NCBI GenBank assembly: GCA_947474435.1
Contig: CANJII010000017.1
Span: 2,580-66,579 of the forward strand
DNA: 64,000 nt
Direction of reading: 5' to 3'
From: Chitinophagaceae bacterium
GTDB taxonomy: Bacteria > Bacteroidota > Bacteroidia > Chitinophagales > UBA10324
Position 1 is the first letter of the stretch; each line of letters starts with the position of its first letter. This document shows, piece by piece, positions 19,959 through 30,760 of the stretch. The position numbers were made by a program, and so were the translations under genes. The notes under the pieces are model-generated. The model worked only from the letters and a program-made list of their open reading frames with translations, ran no database searches and had not been told where the DNA came from.

Positions 19959-21833
19959 ATGGCTGAGAAAATTTTTAAGTACGACGAAGACAGCATCAAG
20001 TCGCTTGATTGGAAGGAGCACATTCGCCTTCGGCCCGGAATGTATATAGGTAAACTGGGTGACGGCAGTGCGATGGATGATGGTATTTATGTGTTGTTGA
20101 AAGAAACCATTGACAACTGCATTGATGAATACACAATGGGTTATGGAAAAAATATTGACATTGAATTAACTGATCACTCCGCAAAAGTCCGCGATTACGG
20201 AAGAGGAATTCCATTGGGAAAATTAGTAGAGTGTGTAAGTAAAATAAATACGGGAGGCAAGTACGATTCAAATGCATTTCAAAAAAGTGTTGGACTGAAT
20301 GGTGTTGGAACAAAAGCAGTGAACGCACTTTCATCATCGTTTAAAGTGCAGGCGTGGAGAGATGGCAAAACAAAAGTTGCTGAATTTCTCACCGGAGTGC
20401 TGAAGAATCAAACCAAGGAGGAAAAATCAGCGGAGCCAAACGGAACTTATGTTGAGTTTACTCCGGATGAAAAAGTTTTTCGAAACTATCGTTACATTCC
20501 TGAGTTTGTTGAAAATCAAATATGGAATTATTGTTTTCTGAATGCAGGACTAAATATAAATTTCAATGGAAAGAAATATTTATCGAAAGACGGATTGCTG
20601 GATTTGCTGAAAAGAAAATCAAATCCGGAAGAGATTCGTTACCCGATTATTCATTTGAAAGGCGATGACATTGAAGTTGCTTTCACGCACGACAATCAGT
20701 ATGGCGAAGAATATTATTCATTCGTAAACGGCCAGCACACCACGCAAGGCGGAACACATTTGCAGGCATTCAAGGAAGGTATGGTGAAAACACTTCGCGA
20801 TTTTTATAAAAAGGATTTCGACATAAATGACATCAGGCAATCAATCATTGCATCTGTTAGTGTGCGCGTGCAGGAACCGGTGTTTGAATCTCAGACAAAA
20901 ACAAAACTGGGTTCACAGTTTGTTTCAGAAGGTGGTGCATCCATGCGCAGTTTCGTAATTGATTTTCTCACAAAGGAGTTAGATAATTTTCTCCATAAAA
21001 ATCCTGCAACTGCTGATGCGTTGTTGCATCGCATTATGCAAAGCGAACGCGAACGCAAAGAACTTTCAGGCATTCGTAAACTCGCAAATGAGCGCGCGAA
21101 AAAAGCAAACCTTCACAATAAAAAATTGCGCGATTGCCGGTTGCACCTGAATGAAGATCAGAAAAAAGAAAATGTATTAAACACCACGCTATTCATAACT
21201 GAAGGAGATTCAGCAAGTGGTTCAATTACCAAATCAAGAGATGTGGAAACTCAAGCGGTATTCAGTTTGAGAGGGAAACCGCTCAACTGTTATGGCCTGA
21301 CAAAAAAAATTGTTTACGAAAACGAAGAATTTAATTTACTGCAACACGCTTTGAATATTGAAGAAGGTTTGGAAAATCTTCGATACAACAGAGTAGTAAT
21401 TTCAACTGATGCCGATGTGGATGGCATGCACATTCGATTGTTGTTGCTGACTTTCTTCTTACAGTTTTTTCCTGACCTGGTGAAGAACGGTCATGTTTAT
21501 ATTCTCGACACACCATTGTTTCGTGTTCGCGATAAAAAAGAAACTATTTATTGTTATTCAGAAGAGGAAAAGCAAAAGGCGATAAAAAAATTAACGGGCA
21601 AAGCCGAGATTACACGATTTAAAGGATTGGGTGAAATATCACCGGAAGAGTTCGCCAATTTTATTGGAGATGAAATAAAATTAGACCCCATCATTCTGAA
21701 ACCCGAAATGAGCATTCAGCATTTGCTTGAATATTATATGGGAAAAAATACACCTGCGCGTCAGGAATTTATTATTGGCAATTTGAAATTCGAAAAAGAT
21801 ATTATTGAAGAAGAAGAACCTTCGTTAGTGTAA
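19959..21833 (+). CDS. parE: DNA topoisomerase IV subunit B
   Basis: GHKL ATPase and Toprim architecture: [57 protein letters not shown]. At 624 aa and without the GyrB insertion or tail, it fits ParE better than GyrB. Confidence 0.82.
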   Translation: MAEKIFKYDEDSIKSLDWKEHIRLRPGMYIGKLGDGSAMDDGIYVLLKETIDNCIDEYTMGYGKNIDIELTDHSAKVRDYGRGIPLGKLVECVSKINTGGKYDSNAFQKSVGLNGVGTKAVNALSSSFKVQAWRDGKTKVAEFLTGVLKNQTKEEKSAEPNGTYVEFTPDEKVFRNYRYIPEFVENQIWNYCFLNAGLNINFNGKKYLSKDGLLDLLKRKSNPEEIRYPIIHLKGDDIEVAFTHDNQYGEEYYSFVNGQHTTQGGTHLQAFKEGMVKTLRDFYKKDFDINDIRQSIIASVSVRVQEPVFESQTKTKLGSQFVSEGGASMRSFVIDFLTKELDNFLHKNPATADALLHRIMQSERERKELSGIRKLANERAKKANLHNKKLRDCRLHLNEDQKKENVLNTTLFITEGDSASGSITKSRDVETQAVFSLRGKPLNCYGLTKKIVYENEEFNLLQHALNIEEGLENLRYNRVVISTDADVDGMHIRLLLLTFFLQFFPDLVKNGHVYILDTPLFRVRDKKETIYCYSEEEKQKAIKKLTGKAEITRFKGLGEISPEEFANFIGDEIKLDPIILKPEMSIQHLLEYYMGKNTPARQEFIIGNLKFEKDIIEEEEPSLV

Positions 21834-21882
21834 TAAAAACTGAAATTATTTTTTATTCACGCGAGATTAAACACTTCAATAC

Positions 21883-22590
21883 TTAAAACTGATAACCAAT
21901 ACTGATGCGATTAAATGGAGAAGGTTCAACCGAAAATCGCTTTGAAGTAATGACCGTTGATGGAATAGTTGACAATAAGTAATTCCGATTCGATCGCTCA
22001 TTAATAATAAGAGCGGAAAATGCAGTTTCTATTGAGAGTTTTATTTTCTTGGTTATAATGAAACGGGTTCCAAGAAATAATTCACCACCCATACCATACG
22101 AGTTGATATTTTGTTGAAAATTCATTTCATCAAACATTGATTTACCCGACCCTGTGAATTTATGTTTTCGGTATTCGGCATCAATGCCGGTATAAAAAAC
22201 AAAATTGTTCTGATGATATAAGTTTTTTTCAAAGCCGATTTGAATAGATGAATTTTTCCAGCGACCATCTAAATTTATTGTATCCTTAATTTCATAATAC
22301 TGTTTTGCAATGTGATGAATTTTACCATTTGAAAAAATCACTGATAACCGAAATGCGCTGTTTATATTTTCTTTCCGGTAATAAATTCCTTTCTTTAATT
22401 GAAATTGAAATCCTTCTAAATAAAAATCAGGTGCAAACTGATCGTAAGTATAAGAGCCTGTTAGCAAACCAAATTCGCCTGTGAATTTCCAGGTGCTGTC
22501 GCTTGTTCGGGTAAAAAGTATTTGAGCGTTCGCTGAATTTGCAGTGGCTGCAAAAACAATGAGAATAAAGATTTTTTTAATTGAATTCAC
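21883..22590 (-). CDS. hypothetical outer-membrane beta-barrel protein
   Basis: Signal peptide (...AATANSANAQ), alternating hydrophobic beta-strand pattern, and a C-terminal aromatic residue (IGYQF). The start is GTG. Confidence 0.5.
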   Translation of the reverse strand: MNSIKKIFILIVFAATANSANAQILFTRTSDSTWKFTGEFGLLTGSYTYDQFAPDFYLEGFQFQLKKGIYYRKENINSAFRLSVIFSNGKIHHIAKQYYEIKDTINLDGRWKNSSIQIGFEKNLYHQNNFVFYTGIDAEYRKHKFTGSGKSMFDEMNFQQNINSYGMGGELFLGTRFIITKKIKLSIETAFSALIINERSNRNYLLSTIPSTVITSKRFSVEPSPFNRISIGYQF

Positions 22591-22673
22591 TTTTTGTTTT
22601 TTATAGGACCGCTAATGTAGGTTCTGTGTTGTTTTTGCAAAATGATATTGAAGTTTCTCAAATTCATGTTGAT

Positions 22674-22710
22674 AAAAAATGCGGCTCAATTCGTTTTGTA
22701 ATTGAGCCGC
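22674..22710 (-). terminator. rho-independent terminator after the EF-G paralog
   Basis: On the minus strand: GCGGCTCAATT-acaaaacg-AATTGAGCCGC, then A and TTTTTT. Confidence 0.75.
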
Positions 22711-22729
22711 AATAAATAAATCGTATTAC

Positions 22730-24868
22730 TTAATGTGCCATCTCATGATGATCAACCTTCTCATATTCTTCATGCAGTTTCTTTTGAATTTCGCCGGGCA
22801 CAATTGCATACTCAGCTAATTTAGATCGGAAACTTGCACGACCTTGTGAAAGCGAACGAAGGGTGGTTGAATATTTATCTAATTCAGATTGAGGCACTCT
22901 TGCTTTAATAATCTGAAAACTGTTTTGCGAATCCATACCAAGAATAATGGCGCGACGGGTTTGCAAATCTCCCATCACACTTCCCATATCATCTTCGGGA
23001 ACCAAAACTTCAAGGTCAAAAATGGGCTCCAGTAATTTTGGCTCTGCATTTTGAAAGGCCTCTTTGAATGCCATCATTCCTGCAATTTTAAATGCCATGT
23101 CATTTGAATCAACAGCATGCATTTTCCCATCATACACATAAACGGCAATGTCACGAACATAAGAACCTGTAATGGGACCGTTAGTCATTCTGTCCATCAC
23201 ACCTTTTAAAATAGAAGGCATAAAGCGCTGATCGATGGCACCACCAACAATGCAATTGTAGTAAACCAATTTACCACCCCAATCCAGATCAACAACTTCA
23301 GTTCCACGAATGTTAAATTCTTTGCGCGGAATGTATCCTTCAAACCACGGTTCAATGTGCATATACACTTCACCAAACTGACCGGAACCACCGCTTTGTT
23401 TTTTATGACGGTAATTTGATTTCGATTCTTTGCGAATGGTTTCGCGATATGGAATTTTTGTTTTCTCGAATTCAATTTCGAGTTTATAAATATTTTCCAG
23501 TCGCCACTTTGTTGCAGCTAAATGCAATTCGCCCTGCGCACCTAAAATAATTTGTCGCAGTTCTCTTGAATATTCAATGGTGAGTGTTGGATCTTCACGA
23601 TGAATTTCCTGTAACACTTCGCCTAACTTTTCATCGTCGTGTTTGTTGAGCGCAACAATGGCAACCTGAATTCTTGTTGAAGGAAATTCAATTGGTTTAA
23701 TTGCCACATCAAATCCTTTTGCATGCAATGTTTGATTGGTCTGCGTGTTTTTTAATTTCAATGTTGCTCCAATATCACCTGCTGATAGTTTGTTGATGGT
23801 GTTTCTGTTTTTACCATCCATAATAAACAGTTGATTGATTCGCTCCACCGTTCCGTTAGCTTCATTGTATAATTCTGTTCCAACTGATACTTCACCACTC
23901 ACTACTTTAAACAAAGTAAGATTTCCAAGATGAGGTTCAACCAATGATTTAAAAGTGAACAATGCAGTTGGTTTTGTTGCATCGCAAGGAACCGATTTCC
24001 CATCAGCAGTTTCTTCAGCTGGCATTTCAACAGCACATGGAACTACATTGTCAATAAAGCCCATCATACGACCACTACCCATATCATTCTTAGCCGATAA
24101 ACAAAATACAGGAAACAAATCGTGCTTCATCATTCCTTTCTTTATTCCCAGGCGCAATTCATCTTCATCTAATGTTCCTTTTTCAAAATACAGCTCCATT
24201 AATTTCTCATCATTCTCCGCAGCTTTTTCTACTAACACATTGTGAAGTTCGGTTGCTCTTTCTTTTTCTGCATCAGGTATCGGAAATTTTTCGGGTTTGC
24301 CACCTGTTGATGGAAATTTATACAGCACCATTTTCAGCAAATCAATAATTGAATCAAATTCTTTTCCGGTGTTTAACGGATACTGCATCAGTACCAGTTT
24401 TGAACCGAATCTTTTTTTTGCAGAGTCTATTGAGTCATCCCAGTTTGCTTTATCATGATCGAGTTGATTTACTGCAAACATCATAGGCTTATTAAATTCT
24501 TCAGCATAATTCCAAATCAGTTCGGTGCCAACTTCAACTCCATGTTGAGCGTTCAATAACATCACTCCTGTATCTGCAACACGCAGTGCAGATATTACTT
24601 CACCTATGAAATCATCTAATCCGGGTGTGTCAATGATATTTATTTTAAAATCGCGCCACTCGGTATGCATTAGAGTTGCGTACACTGAATTGCCTCTGGC
24701 AATTTCTATTTCATGATAATCTGAAACCGTTGTGCCTTCTTCCACCGACCCTCGGCGGTTAATTAATTTGGCTTCAAACATCATTGTTTCGGCAAGGGTG
24801 GTCTTACCGCTTTTCGTTGCACCCAAGAGCACTATGTTCTTGATGTGCTTGTCATCGTAAACTTTCAT
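22730..24868 (-). CDS. elongation factor G paralog (EF-G-like translational GTPase)
   Basis: G1 GATKSGKTT, G3 DTPG, five-domain EF-G length (~712 aa), and C-terminal domains IV/V (YRETI..., HAVDS, ...LLEPI...). G4 reads NQLD instead of NKxD. Start trimmed to the ATG at 24868 (MKVYDDKHIKNIVLLG). Confidence 0.85.
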   Translation of the reverse strand: MKVYDDKHIKNIVLLGATKSGKTTLAETMMFEAKLINRRGSVEEGTTVSDYHEIEIARGNSVYATLMHTEWRDFKINIIDTPGLDDFIGEVISALRVADTGVMLLNAQHGVEVGTELIWNYAEEFNKPMMFAVNQLDHDKANWDDSIDSAKKRFGSKLVLMQYPLNTGKEFDSIIDLLKMVLYKFPSTGGKPEKFPIPDAEKERATELHNVLVEKAAENDEKLMELYFEKGTLDEDELRLGIKKGMMKHDLFPVFCLSAKNDMGSGRMMGFIDNVVPCAVEMPAEETADGKSVPCDATKPTALFTFKSLVEPHLGNLTLFKVVSGEVSVGTELYNEANGTVERINQLFIMDGKNRNTINKLSAGDIGATLKLKNTQTNQTLHAKGFDVAIKPIEFPSTRIQVAIVALNKHDDEKLGEVLQEIHREDPTLTIEYSRELRQIILGAQGELHLAATKWRLENIYKLEIEFEKTKIPYRETIRKESKSNYRHKKQSGGSGQFGEVYMHIEPWFEGYIPRKEFNIRGTEVVDLDWGGKLVYYNCIVGGAIDQRFMPSILKGVMDRMTNGPITGSYVRDIAVYVYDGKMHAVDSNDMAFKIAGMMAFKEAFQNAEPKLLEPIFDLEVLVPEDDMGSVMGDLQTRRAIILGMDSQNSFQIIKARVPQSELDKYSTTLRSLSQGRASFRSKLAEYAIVPGEIQKKLHEEYEKVDHHEMAH

Positions 24869-25105
24869 AGGCGAAAAAATTTTAAAATGTGATTTTGGTT
24901 TTCTGAAAAGTAAGGGAAATATTTTTATACGCAAAGAGTTTATCTCATAAAATTTATGGAAAGAAGTTGAATCGAATTTGTAAATTTCAGAAAAGGAGGA
25001 ACTGTTCGAACAATAATTTACCCAGGAAAATTTTAGAAACCCCGTTGAAAAAAAAACTAATTAAATAGAAAGCTTATAATAAATAGAGGATGCGTTTGTA
25101 TTTTA

Positions 25106-25996
25106 CTATGAACAAATTCTTTCTAAAGCAAATAAAATTAATTTCTCAACTGCTTTATGTCCGTTCTTACTAAACTCTTTCAATACTCGGTTAGCAACAA
25201 TTGCATTGAGTGATAAAGCTTCATGCCCCATCAAACGCGCCATTCCATATATAGCAGATGTTTCCATTTCGAAATTGGTAATTCGCAATTTGTTAAAGTG
25301 AAAATTATTCAGATTATCAATCAGATTCGGATAGGCGAGTTTGTTGCGAACCACTCTGCCCTGCGGACCATAAAAGCCTGGACAGGTAACTGTAATTCCG
25401 GTTACGAGTTTCGGGATTTTAGTTTCGGTTTCTTTGAACAGTTTTAATAAATCATCACTTGCTGCAATTACTTTTGGATGAATTTTAGAATCAATATTTA
25501 AAACCTGCTTTGAAAATTCATTGGCAATATTTATTTCAATTTTCGAAAGTTTGGGTTGATAAAAGTGCAGCAGATTATCTAAGCTTAAACCATAGGACGA
25601 AGACACAAAACTATCTACCGGAATATCAGCGTGTAATGCGCCTGATGTTCCGATACGAATGATCTGTAACGATTTTTTTTCTTTCTTAATCAATCGTGCT
25701 TCTAAATCAACATTAACCAATGCATCCAATTCGGTTAAAACAATATCAATATTATCAGGGCCTATTCCGGTTGATATAACTGAAAGTCTTTTTTTGCCAA
25801 TGGTACCGGTATGAGTTACGAACTCGCGGTTTTGTTTTTTCACTTCAATTTTATCAAAGTGTTTTGAAACTTCTTTTACCCGCGACGGATCGCCAACTGT
25901 AATTATAGTATCGGCAATTTCATGTTCGCAAAGTTGTAAATGATAGACACTTCTGTCGGAATTTAAAATGAGTTCTGATTCGGCTATCGGCTTCAT
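25106..25996 (-). CDS. nucleoside phosphorylase family protein (PNP/UDP type)
   Basis: GDPSRV, RIGTSGAL and FEMETSAIY motifs typical of uridine/purine nucleoside phosphorylase family 1. Confidence 0.72.
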   Translation of the reverse strand: MKPIAESELILNSDRSVYHLQLCEHEIADTIITVGDPSRVKEVSKHFDKIEVKKQNREFVTHTGTIGKKRLSVISTGIGPDNIDIVLTELDALVNVDLEARLIKKEKKSLQIIRIGTSGALHADIPVDSFVSSSYGLSLDNLLHFYQPKLSKIEINIANEFSKQVLNIDSKIHPKVIAASDDLLKLFKETETKIPKLVTGITVTCPGFYGPQGRVVRNKLAYPNLIDNLNNFHFNKLRITNFEMETSAIYGMARLMGHEALSLNAIVANRVLKEFSKNGHKAVEKLILFALERICS

Positions 25997-26040
25997 TTGT
26001 TATGCATTATTTTCGCAGCCTCAAATAAAACCACTTTCAA

Positions 26041-26892
26041 ATGAAATTGCCATTAAAAAAATTATTAGTCCCTATAGATTTTTCTGAAATCTCACTTTAT
26101 GCTTTGGATTATGCAGCAGGTATTGCAAAAACCACCGGTGCTGAAATAACATTGCTTCATGTATATGATGCCCCTGAATTACCAAAAAATTCAGCGTTCA
26201 ATATTTCTGATTTAATGGAAAGAGGCATCAATGAAAAAATAAACGAGATTAAAGCAAAAGATAAAAACCTTTTGGGTGTAACTTTAAAATCAAAAGTTGT
26301 TTCCGGTAAAATTCATGAACGGATAGAAGAGGTTGCCGAAGAAATAAAGGCCGATATGATTGTAATGGGAACGCATGGCAGCAGCGGGATTCGTAAAATC
26401 GGGAAGTTTTTATTGGGTTCAACTGCTTATCGGGTGGTGAATAACGCGCCTTGTCCAATTATTACCATTAAAGAAATTAATAAGAAAATTAATTTTAAAA
26501 ATATCATTCTTCCAATTGATAACAGCAAGGAAACCATGGAAAAAGTTGGTCTTGCCATGGAGTGGGCCAAGGCCTTCGGAAGCAAAATTCACATTCTCGC
26601 TCTTACTGCATTTTTTGACGAGTTGGTTGTGCAGATTAAAGATTTAAAAGAGCAAGTTGACGAAATAGAAAAATTACTTGAAAAAAACGGAATTGATTAT
26701 GTGTCTAAAATGATTCGTCACCAGCGCATTTCTGAATCTGTTTTATCGTATTCTGAAAAAGTAAATGCTGATTTGATTTTTATTGTTACAGAACAGGAAA
26801 ACGCAATAGCTGAAATGATTGTTCACAGTGCCGCACGAAATATAGTAACTGAATCCACAGTGCCCGTGTTAAGTATTAATATTGGTAAATAA
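26041..26892 (+). CDS. universal stress protein (tandem UspA domains)
   Basis: Two Usp modules: KKLLVPIDFSEIS...MGTHGSSGIRK..LGSTAYRVVNNAPCPIITI, and a second ILPIDNSKE...VPVLSI. Confidence 0.85.
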   Translation: MKLPLKKLLVPIDFSEISLYALDYAAGIAKTTGAEITLLHVYDAPELPKNSAFNISDLMERGINEKINEIKAKDKNLLGVTLKSKVVSGKIHERIEEVAEEIKADMIVMGTHGSSGIRKIGKFLLGSTAYRVVNNAPCPIITIKEINKKINFKNIILPIDNSKETMEKVGLAMEWAKAFGSKIHILALTAFFDELVVQIKDLKEQVDEIEKLLEKNGIDYVSKMIRHQRISESVLSYSEKVNADLIFIVTEQENAIAEMIVHSAARNIVTESTVPVLSINIGK

Positions 26893-26910
26893 TAATTTTG
26901 AATAACTGAT

Positions 26911-26941
26911 GCGAGGGCTTTATAAGCCCTCGCTTTTTTTT
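26911..26941 (+). terminator. rho-independent terminator
   Basis: GCGAGGGCTT-tat-AAGCCCTCGC followed by TTTTTTTT. It overlaps the stop of the convergent gene. Confidence 0.8.
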
Positions 26942-27449
26942 ACCTGAGCTGTTTAAAAACTTTTTTTGCTCTTGCTCTGAATCCGGCACTCGCATTTTCC
27001 AATTGGTCTTCAATTACTAATTGCAATTCGTTTTTTAATTCGGGTTCATGTTTACAGATGTTGGCGGCAACTGTCATGGCAAAAACTTTTACTGCAATGG
27101 GTTCATCATCATCCATCAAAAAACGAAAACACAAATCGACAGTTTTACCAAATAACTTTTTTGGTAATTCAATAGACTGAAATATCCGCAGCGTATTTCG
27201 CTTCACTGCATCATGAACATTACCTGATAAATTATTGACCATCTTCGAAAGAAATGGCTCAATCAAAAACGGATTTCGTTCTGCACAAATACTGACTATC
27301 CAGGCGGCACGCTGTGTCACACGATAGGTATTTCCCAAAAATAAATGCATCAATTGAGCAAATCGTTTTTCATCATCGTCGATATAAGCAGCAATTTTTT
27401 CTGCTTGCTTGCGCGAATGTTCTTTTAATATTTCTACAAGGAGATTCAC
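26940..27449 (-). CDS. hypothetical all-helical (HEAT/ARM-like) protein
   Basis: 169-aa ORF with a helical repeat-like composition. GTG start. No confident family. Confidence 0.45.
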   Translation of the reverse strand: MNLLVEILKEHSRKQAEKIAAYIDDDEKRFAQLMHLFLGNTYRVTQRAAWIVSICAERNPFLIEPFLSKMVNNLSGNVHDAVKRNTLRIFQSIELPKKLFGKTVDLCFRFLMDDDEPIAVKVFAMTVAANICKHEPELKNELQLVIEDQLENASAGFRARAKKVFKQLR

Positions 27450-27525
27450 AGAGCTGAAAATATTTTATAATACTGATAGGATTCGTTGAAAATGCGAATA
27501 GCAAACCATACAATTTCAATTTTTG

Positions 27526-28260
27526 CTACTTCCCATAAGCATTTTTCTGCGATAAACTTTTCCATTTCATTTTCAATACACCAAGAATGGCTTCTTTGAA
27601 AATTCCTTTACTCATTTTAGATGCTCCTTCTACTCTGTCGGAGAAAGTGATTGGAATTTCTTTCATCTTAAAACCAAGTCGCCATGCAGCAAATTTCATT
27701 TCAATCTGAAATGCATATCCGATGAAAGTGATTTTATTGAAATCGAGTTTCTCTAAAAATTCTTTTCTGTAGCAAACAAAACCTGCGGTGGTATCTGTCA
27801 CTGGCATCCAGGTAATGATGCGCACATACACACTTGCGAAGTACGACATTAAGATCCTGCCCAATGGCCAGTTCTTTACTTTTCCGCCACGGCAATATCT
27901 TGAACCAATAACTACAGCAGTTCCTTTTAAAGCTTCTTCATGCAGGAGCAATAAATCTTTTGGTGGATGAGAGAAATCACAATCCATTTCAAAAATGAAC
28001 TGATAATTTTTTTCGAGCGCCCATTTAAAACCAAGAATATAAGCAGTGCCCAATCCTGACTTTCCGGTGCGCTCCACTAAAAATAATCTGTTGGGAAATT
28101 GTGTTTGTAAATCTTTAACAATCGAAGCAGTTCCATCAGGTGAGCCATCATCAATAATTAATAAATGCACATCGAGTGAAAGAGAAAATACTTCTTTCAC
28201 CATTCGTGAGATATTTTCTTTCTCGTTATAAGTCGGAATAATTACGAGACTGTCTTTCAA
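27526..28260 (-). CDS. GT2 polyprenol-phosphate mannosyl/glycosyl transferase (dolichyl-phosphate mannose synthase-like)
   Basis: VIIPTYNEKENI, IIDDGSPDGT and FEMDCDFSHPP (DxD-type) signatures. The only start that includes the motif is TTG at 28260. Confidence 0.82.
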   Translation of the reverse strand: MKDSLVIIPTYNEKENISRMVKEVFSLSLDVHLLIIDDGSPDGTASIVKDLQTQFPNRLFLVERTGKSGLGTAYILGFKWALEKNYQFIFEMDCDFSHPPKDLLLLHEEALKGTAVVIGSRYCRGGKVKNWPLGRILMSYFASVYVRIITWMPVTDTTAGFVCYRKEFLEKLDFNKITFIGYAFQIEMKFAAWRLGFKMKEIPITFSDRVEGASKMSKGIFKEAILGVLKMKWKSLSQKNAYGK

Positions 28261-28299
28261 TTTAAATTATTGTTTTGATTTCCTTATTTGGTGGTGAAT

Positions 28300-29058
28300 T
28301 TAAATACGCTCTTTGATCGCTTTTATTTTTTCTTTAAAGTCGAGGGGGAAATCGCTCTTCATTATCCAGTCATAATAGTTCGGTTCCTTTTTAAAAACAT
28401 CTTTCACCGGCACACCTTTATGCTTTCCGAAATTGAAAGTCTCTATGCCTTTGTTGAAATACATTTTCCGGCCCATGTCAACGAAATCGCCGTCCTTAGT
28501 GAACTTGTGTAAGAAGTCAATATCGTTTTTTATTTTATCACTGTAACGGTCAAGTTGCGATTCAAGTATTTGAAAAGTTGCTCGTGTATCAGCCAAAGCG
28601 CTGTGTGCATTATCTAAATTCTTTTCACAATAATATTTGTATGCCGCACTCAAATTTCGTGGCTCCATCAAATGAAATATTCGTTGCACATCCACCATTC
28701 TGCGTGCTGAGTTATCAAACATAAACCCAGCGCGTCCAAACTCTTCGGTCATAAACGGAAAGTCAAACCGACTGCTGTTGTATCCGCTCCAATCACTGTC
28801 GTTTATTATATCGAAATATTTCTGAGCAACCTGAGCAAACGAAGGACAATCTTTCACAGCTTCATTGGTAATTCCGTGTATGGCTACCACTTCTGCCGGT
28901 ATAGGTATAAGCGGATTAATGCGCTCGCAATATTCAAGTACTTCACCTGAAGGCATCACTTTCACAACAGCAATTTCAACAATGCGGTCTTTTGAAAAAT
29001 CCATGCCGGTAGTTTCCAGATCAATAAAGGCGAGGGGCTTTGTAAGATTAAGATTCAT
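28300..29058 (-). CDS. 3'-5' exonuclease (DnaQ / DNA polymerase III epsilon-like)
   Basis: ExoI FIDLETTG, ExoII (GYNSSRFDFPF) and ExoIII (HSALADT), plus a ~70-aa C-terminal extension. Confidence 0.82.
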   Translation of the reverse strand: MNLNLTKPLAFIDLETTGMDFSKDRIVEIAVVKVMPSGEVLEYCERINPLIPIPAEVVAIHGITNEAVKDCPSFAQVAQKYFDIINDSDWSGYNSSRFDFPFMTEEFGRAGFMFDNSARRMVDVQRIFHLMEPRNLSAAYKYYCEKNLDNAHSALADTRATFQILESQLDRYSDKIKNDIDFLHKFTKDGDFVDMGRKMYFNKGIETFNFGKHKGVPVKDVFKKEPNYYDWIMKSDFPLDFKEKIKAIKERI

Positions 29059-29144
29059 AATTTTTTTAGTGGCGCAAACCTAAACGAATTTGTGTTACCC
29101 GTAAGGGGTTAAATAAATATTCAACTTGAATGTTGAAAGAAGAA

Positions 29145-30512
29145 TTACGCAGTCTGTTTTAATACAAACTGAATCATATCAGGCAAATTCATTCCATTAA
29201 AATTTCCACTGCTCATCAGCAACAAAACTGAATTCACAAAAGTCTGCTGATGAAGAAAATTTTCAATCTCCTCTTTTTTATTCATCACTACTAAATCATC
29301 GTGACCAAATAATTTTTTCACTTCGTCATTGCTGATTGCTTCTAATCTTTTGAGTTCAATGGTGTGCGGATTGAAGAAAACAACTTTCACATCAGCGCCA
29401 TCCATGCAGTTTTTATATTCAGCTATGAATTCTTTATTTAAGCTGCTGTAGGTATGCAACTCCATACAGGCAATAATTTTTCTTCCGGCAAATTGTTCTT
29501 TCACTGCCGAAATTGTTGCTTTCAGTTTAGAAGGAGAGTGGGCGAAATCTTTAAAGATGGTCACCTGATTATTACTTGCAATTTTCTCCAAGCGATTAGC
29601 AGCTCCGTTAAAAGTTTTAATGGCAGAAAAGAATTCTGTTTCTGTTACACCCAACTGTTTGCATACTTCAAATGCACCAGCCATGTTCGATAAATTGTGT
29701 TTACCAAAGACCTGCAACGAAGTTTTAATGCCATTGTGTAAAAAATAAGTAGTTCCATTCTCAATAACATATTTCGGAGTGCGGTAAGGAGTTTTTTCAG
29801 AAGTAGCTGAAGTTTTATCAGCCACTTTTTTCACTTCAGCATCTTCAATATTGTAAATAATTTTTCCATCAGCCGGAACCATATCCAGAAAAAGTTGAAA
29901 CTGCTCGAAGTAATTTTCAAAAGTCGGGAACACATTAATATGGTCCCAGGCAATACCGCTGATAAATGCAATATTCGGTTTGTACAATAAAAATTTCGGG
30001 GTTTTGTTCAATGCTGAGTCCGGATATTCATCGCCTTCTAAAATGATAACAGGAGCGGAGGCAGTCAGTTTTACCATCAGTTCAAATCCTTCAAGTTTCG
30101 AACCCACCATGTAATCAAAATCTTTTCCGGTTGCTTTCAACACATGCATAATCATGGAAGTGATAGTTGTTTTCCCATGACTGCCACCAATTACTACTCT
30201 TAATTTATTCTTGCTCTGTTCGTAGATGTATTCAGGAAAGGAATAAATTTTTAATCCCAATTCTTTTGCTTTTGCCAATTCAGAATTGTCAGCATATGCA
30301 TGCATTCCTAAAATCACAGCATCCAATTCTTTATTAATTTTCTCCGGAAACCACCCGAATTTCTCAGGAATGATACCGGCATTTTTTAATCGCGTATAAG
30401 CCGGATCAATGATTTCATCATCGGAACCTGAAATTTTATGTCCTTGTGTGTGAAGTGCCAATGCTAAATTGTGCATTACTGCTCCTCCTATTGCAATAAA
30501 ATGTATGTACAT
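29145..30512 (-). CDS. mpl: Mur ligase family protein, UDP-N-acetylmuramate:L-Ala-D-Glu-mDAP ligase-like
   Basis: N-terminal MYIHFIAIGGAVMHNLALAL..GHKISGSD, P-loop-like GSHGKTTITSM, 455 aa. Confidence 0.78.
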   Translation of the reverse strand: MYIHFIAIGGAVMHNLALALHTQGHKISGSDDEIIDPAYTRLKNAGIIPEKFGWFPEKINKELDAVILGMHAYADNSELAKAKELGLKIYSFPEYIYEQSKNKLRVVIGGSHGKTTITSMIMHVLKATGKDFDYMVGSKLEGFELMVKLTASAPVIILEGDEYPDSALNKTPKFLLYKPNIAFISGIAWDHINVFPTFENYFEQFQLFLDMVPADGKIIYNIEDAEVKKVADKTSATSEKTPYRTPKYVIENGTTYFLHNGIKTSLQVFGKHNLSNMAGAFEVCKQLGVTETEFFSAIKTFNGAANRLEKIASNNQVTIFKDFAHSPSKLKATISAVKEQFAGRKIIACMELHTYSSLNKEFIAEYKNCMDGADVKVVFFNPHTIELKRLEAISNDEVKKLFGHDDLVVMNKKEEIENFLHQQTFVNSVLLLMSSGNFNGMNLPDMIQFVLKQTA

Positions 30513-30576
30513 TCGTTGAACCTTTAAAGAAATTTAATCGTAATAGACTTAGAATTATTTAAAAACACCAATTTTC

Positions 30577-30726
30577 ATGAAGCATCAAATCTTAAAAGTT
30601 AAAACTGTAATCATGTTAGTAGTTTTAACAATGGGAGTGTTGGCATTATCATCTTGTGGCCGTCGCAGTGGTTGCCCCGGATTGATTTCCAAAACACATC
30701 CTGTAGAACAAACAGTTCGTTCGTAA
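30577..30726 (+). CDS. 49-aa putative lipoprotein (below the ORF-track cutoff)
   Basis: My own translation: MKHQILKVKTVIMLVVLTMGVLALSSCGRRSGCPGLISKTHPVEQTVRS*. ATG start, hydrophobic core, lipobox-like LSSC, and a hairpin 35 nt downstream. Confidence 0.45.
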   Translation: MKHQILKVKTVIMLVVLTMGVLALSSCGRRSGCPGLISKTHPVEQTVRS

Positions 30727-30760
30727 CAGTAAGAAACAGTTTTTCAATACTAAACATAAT

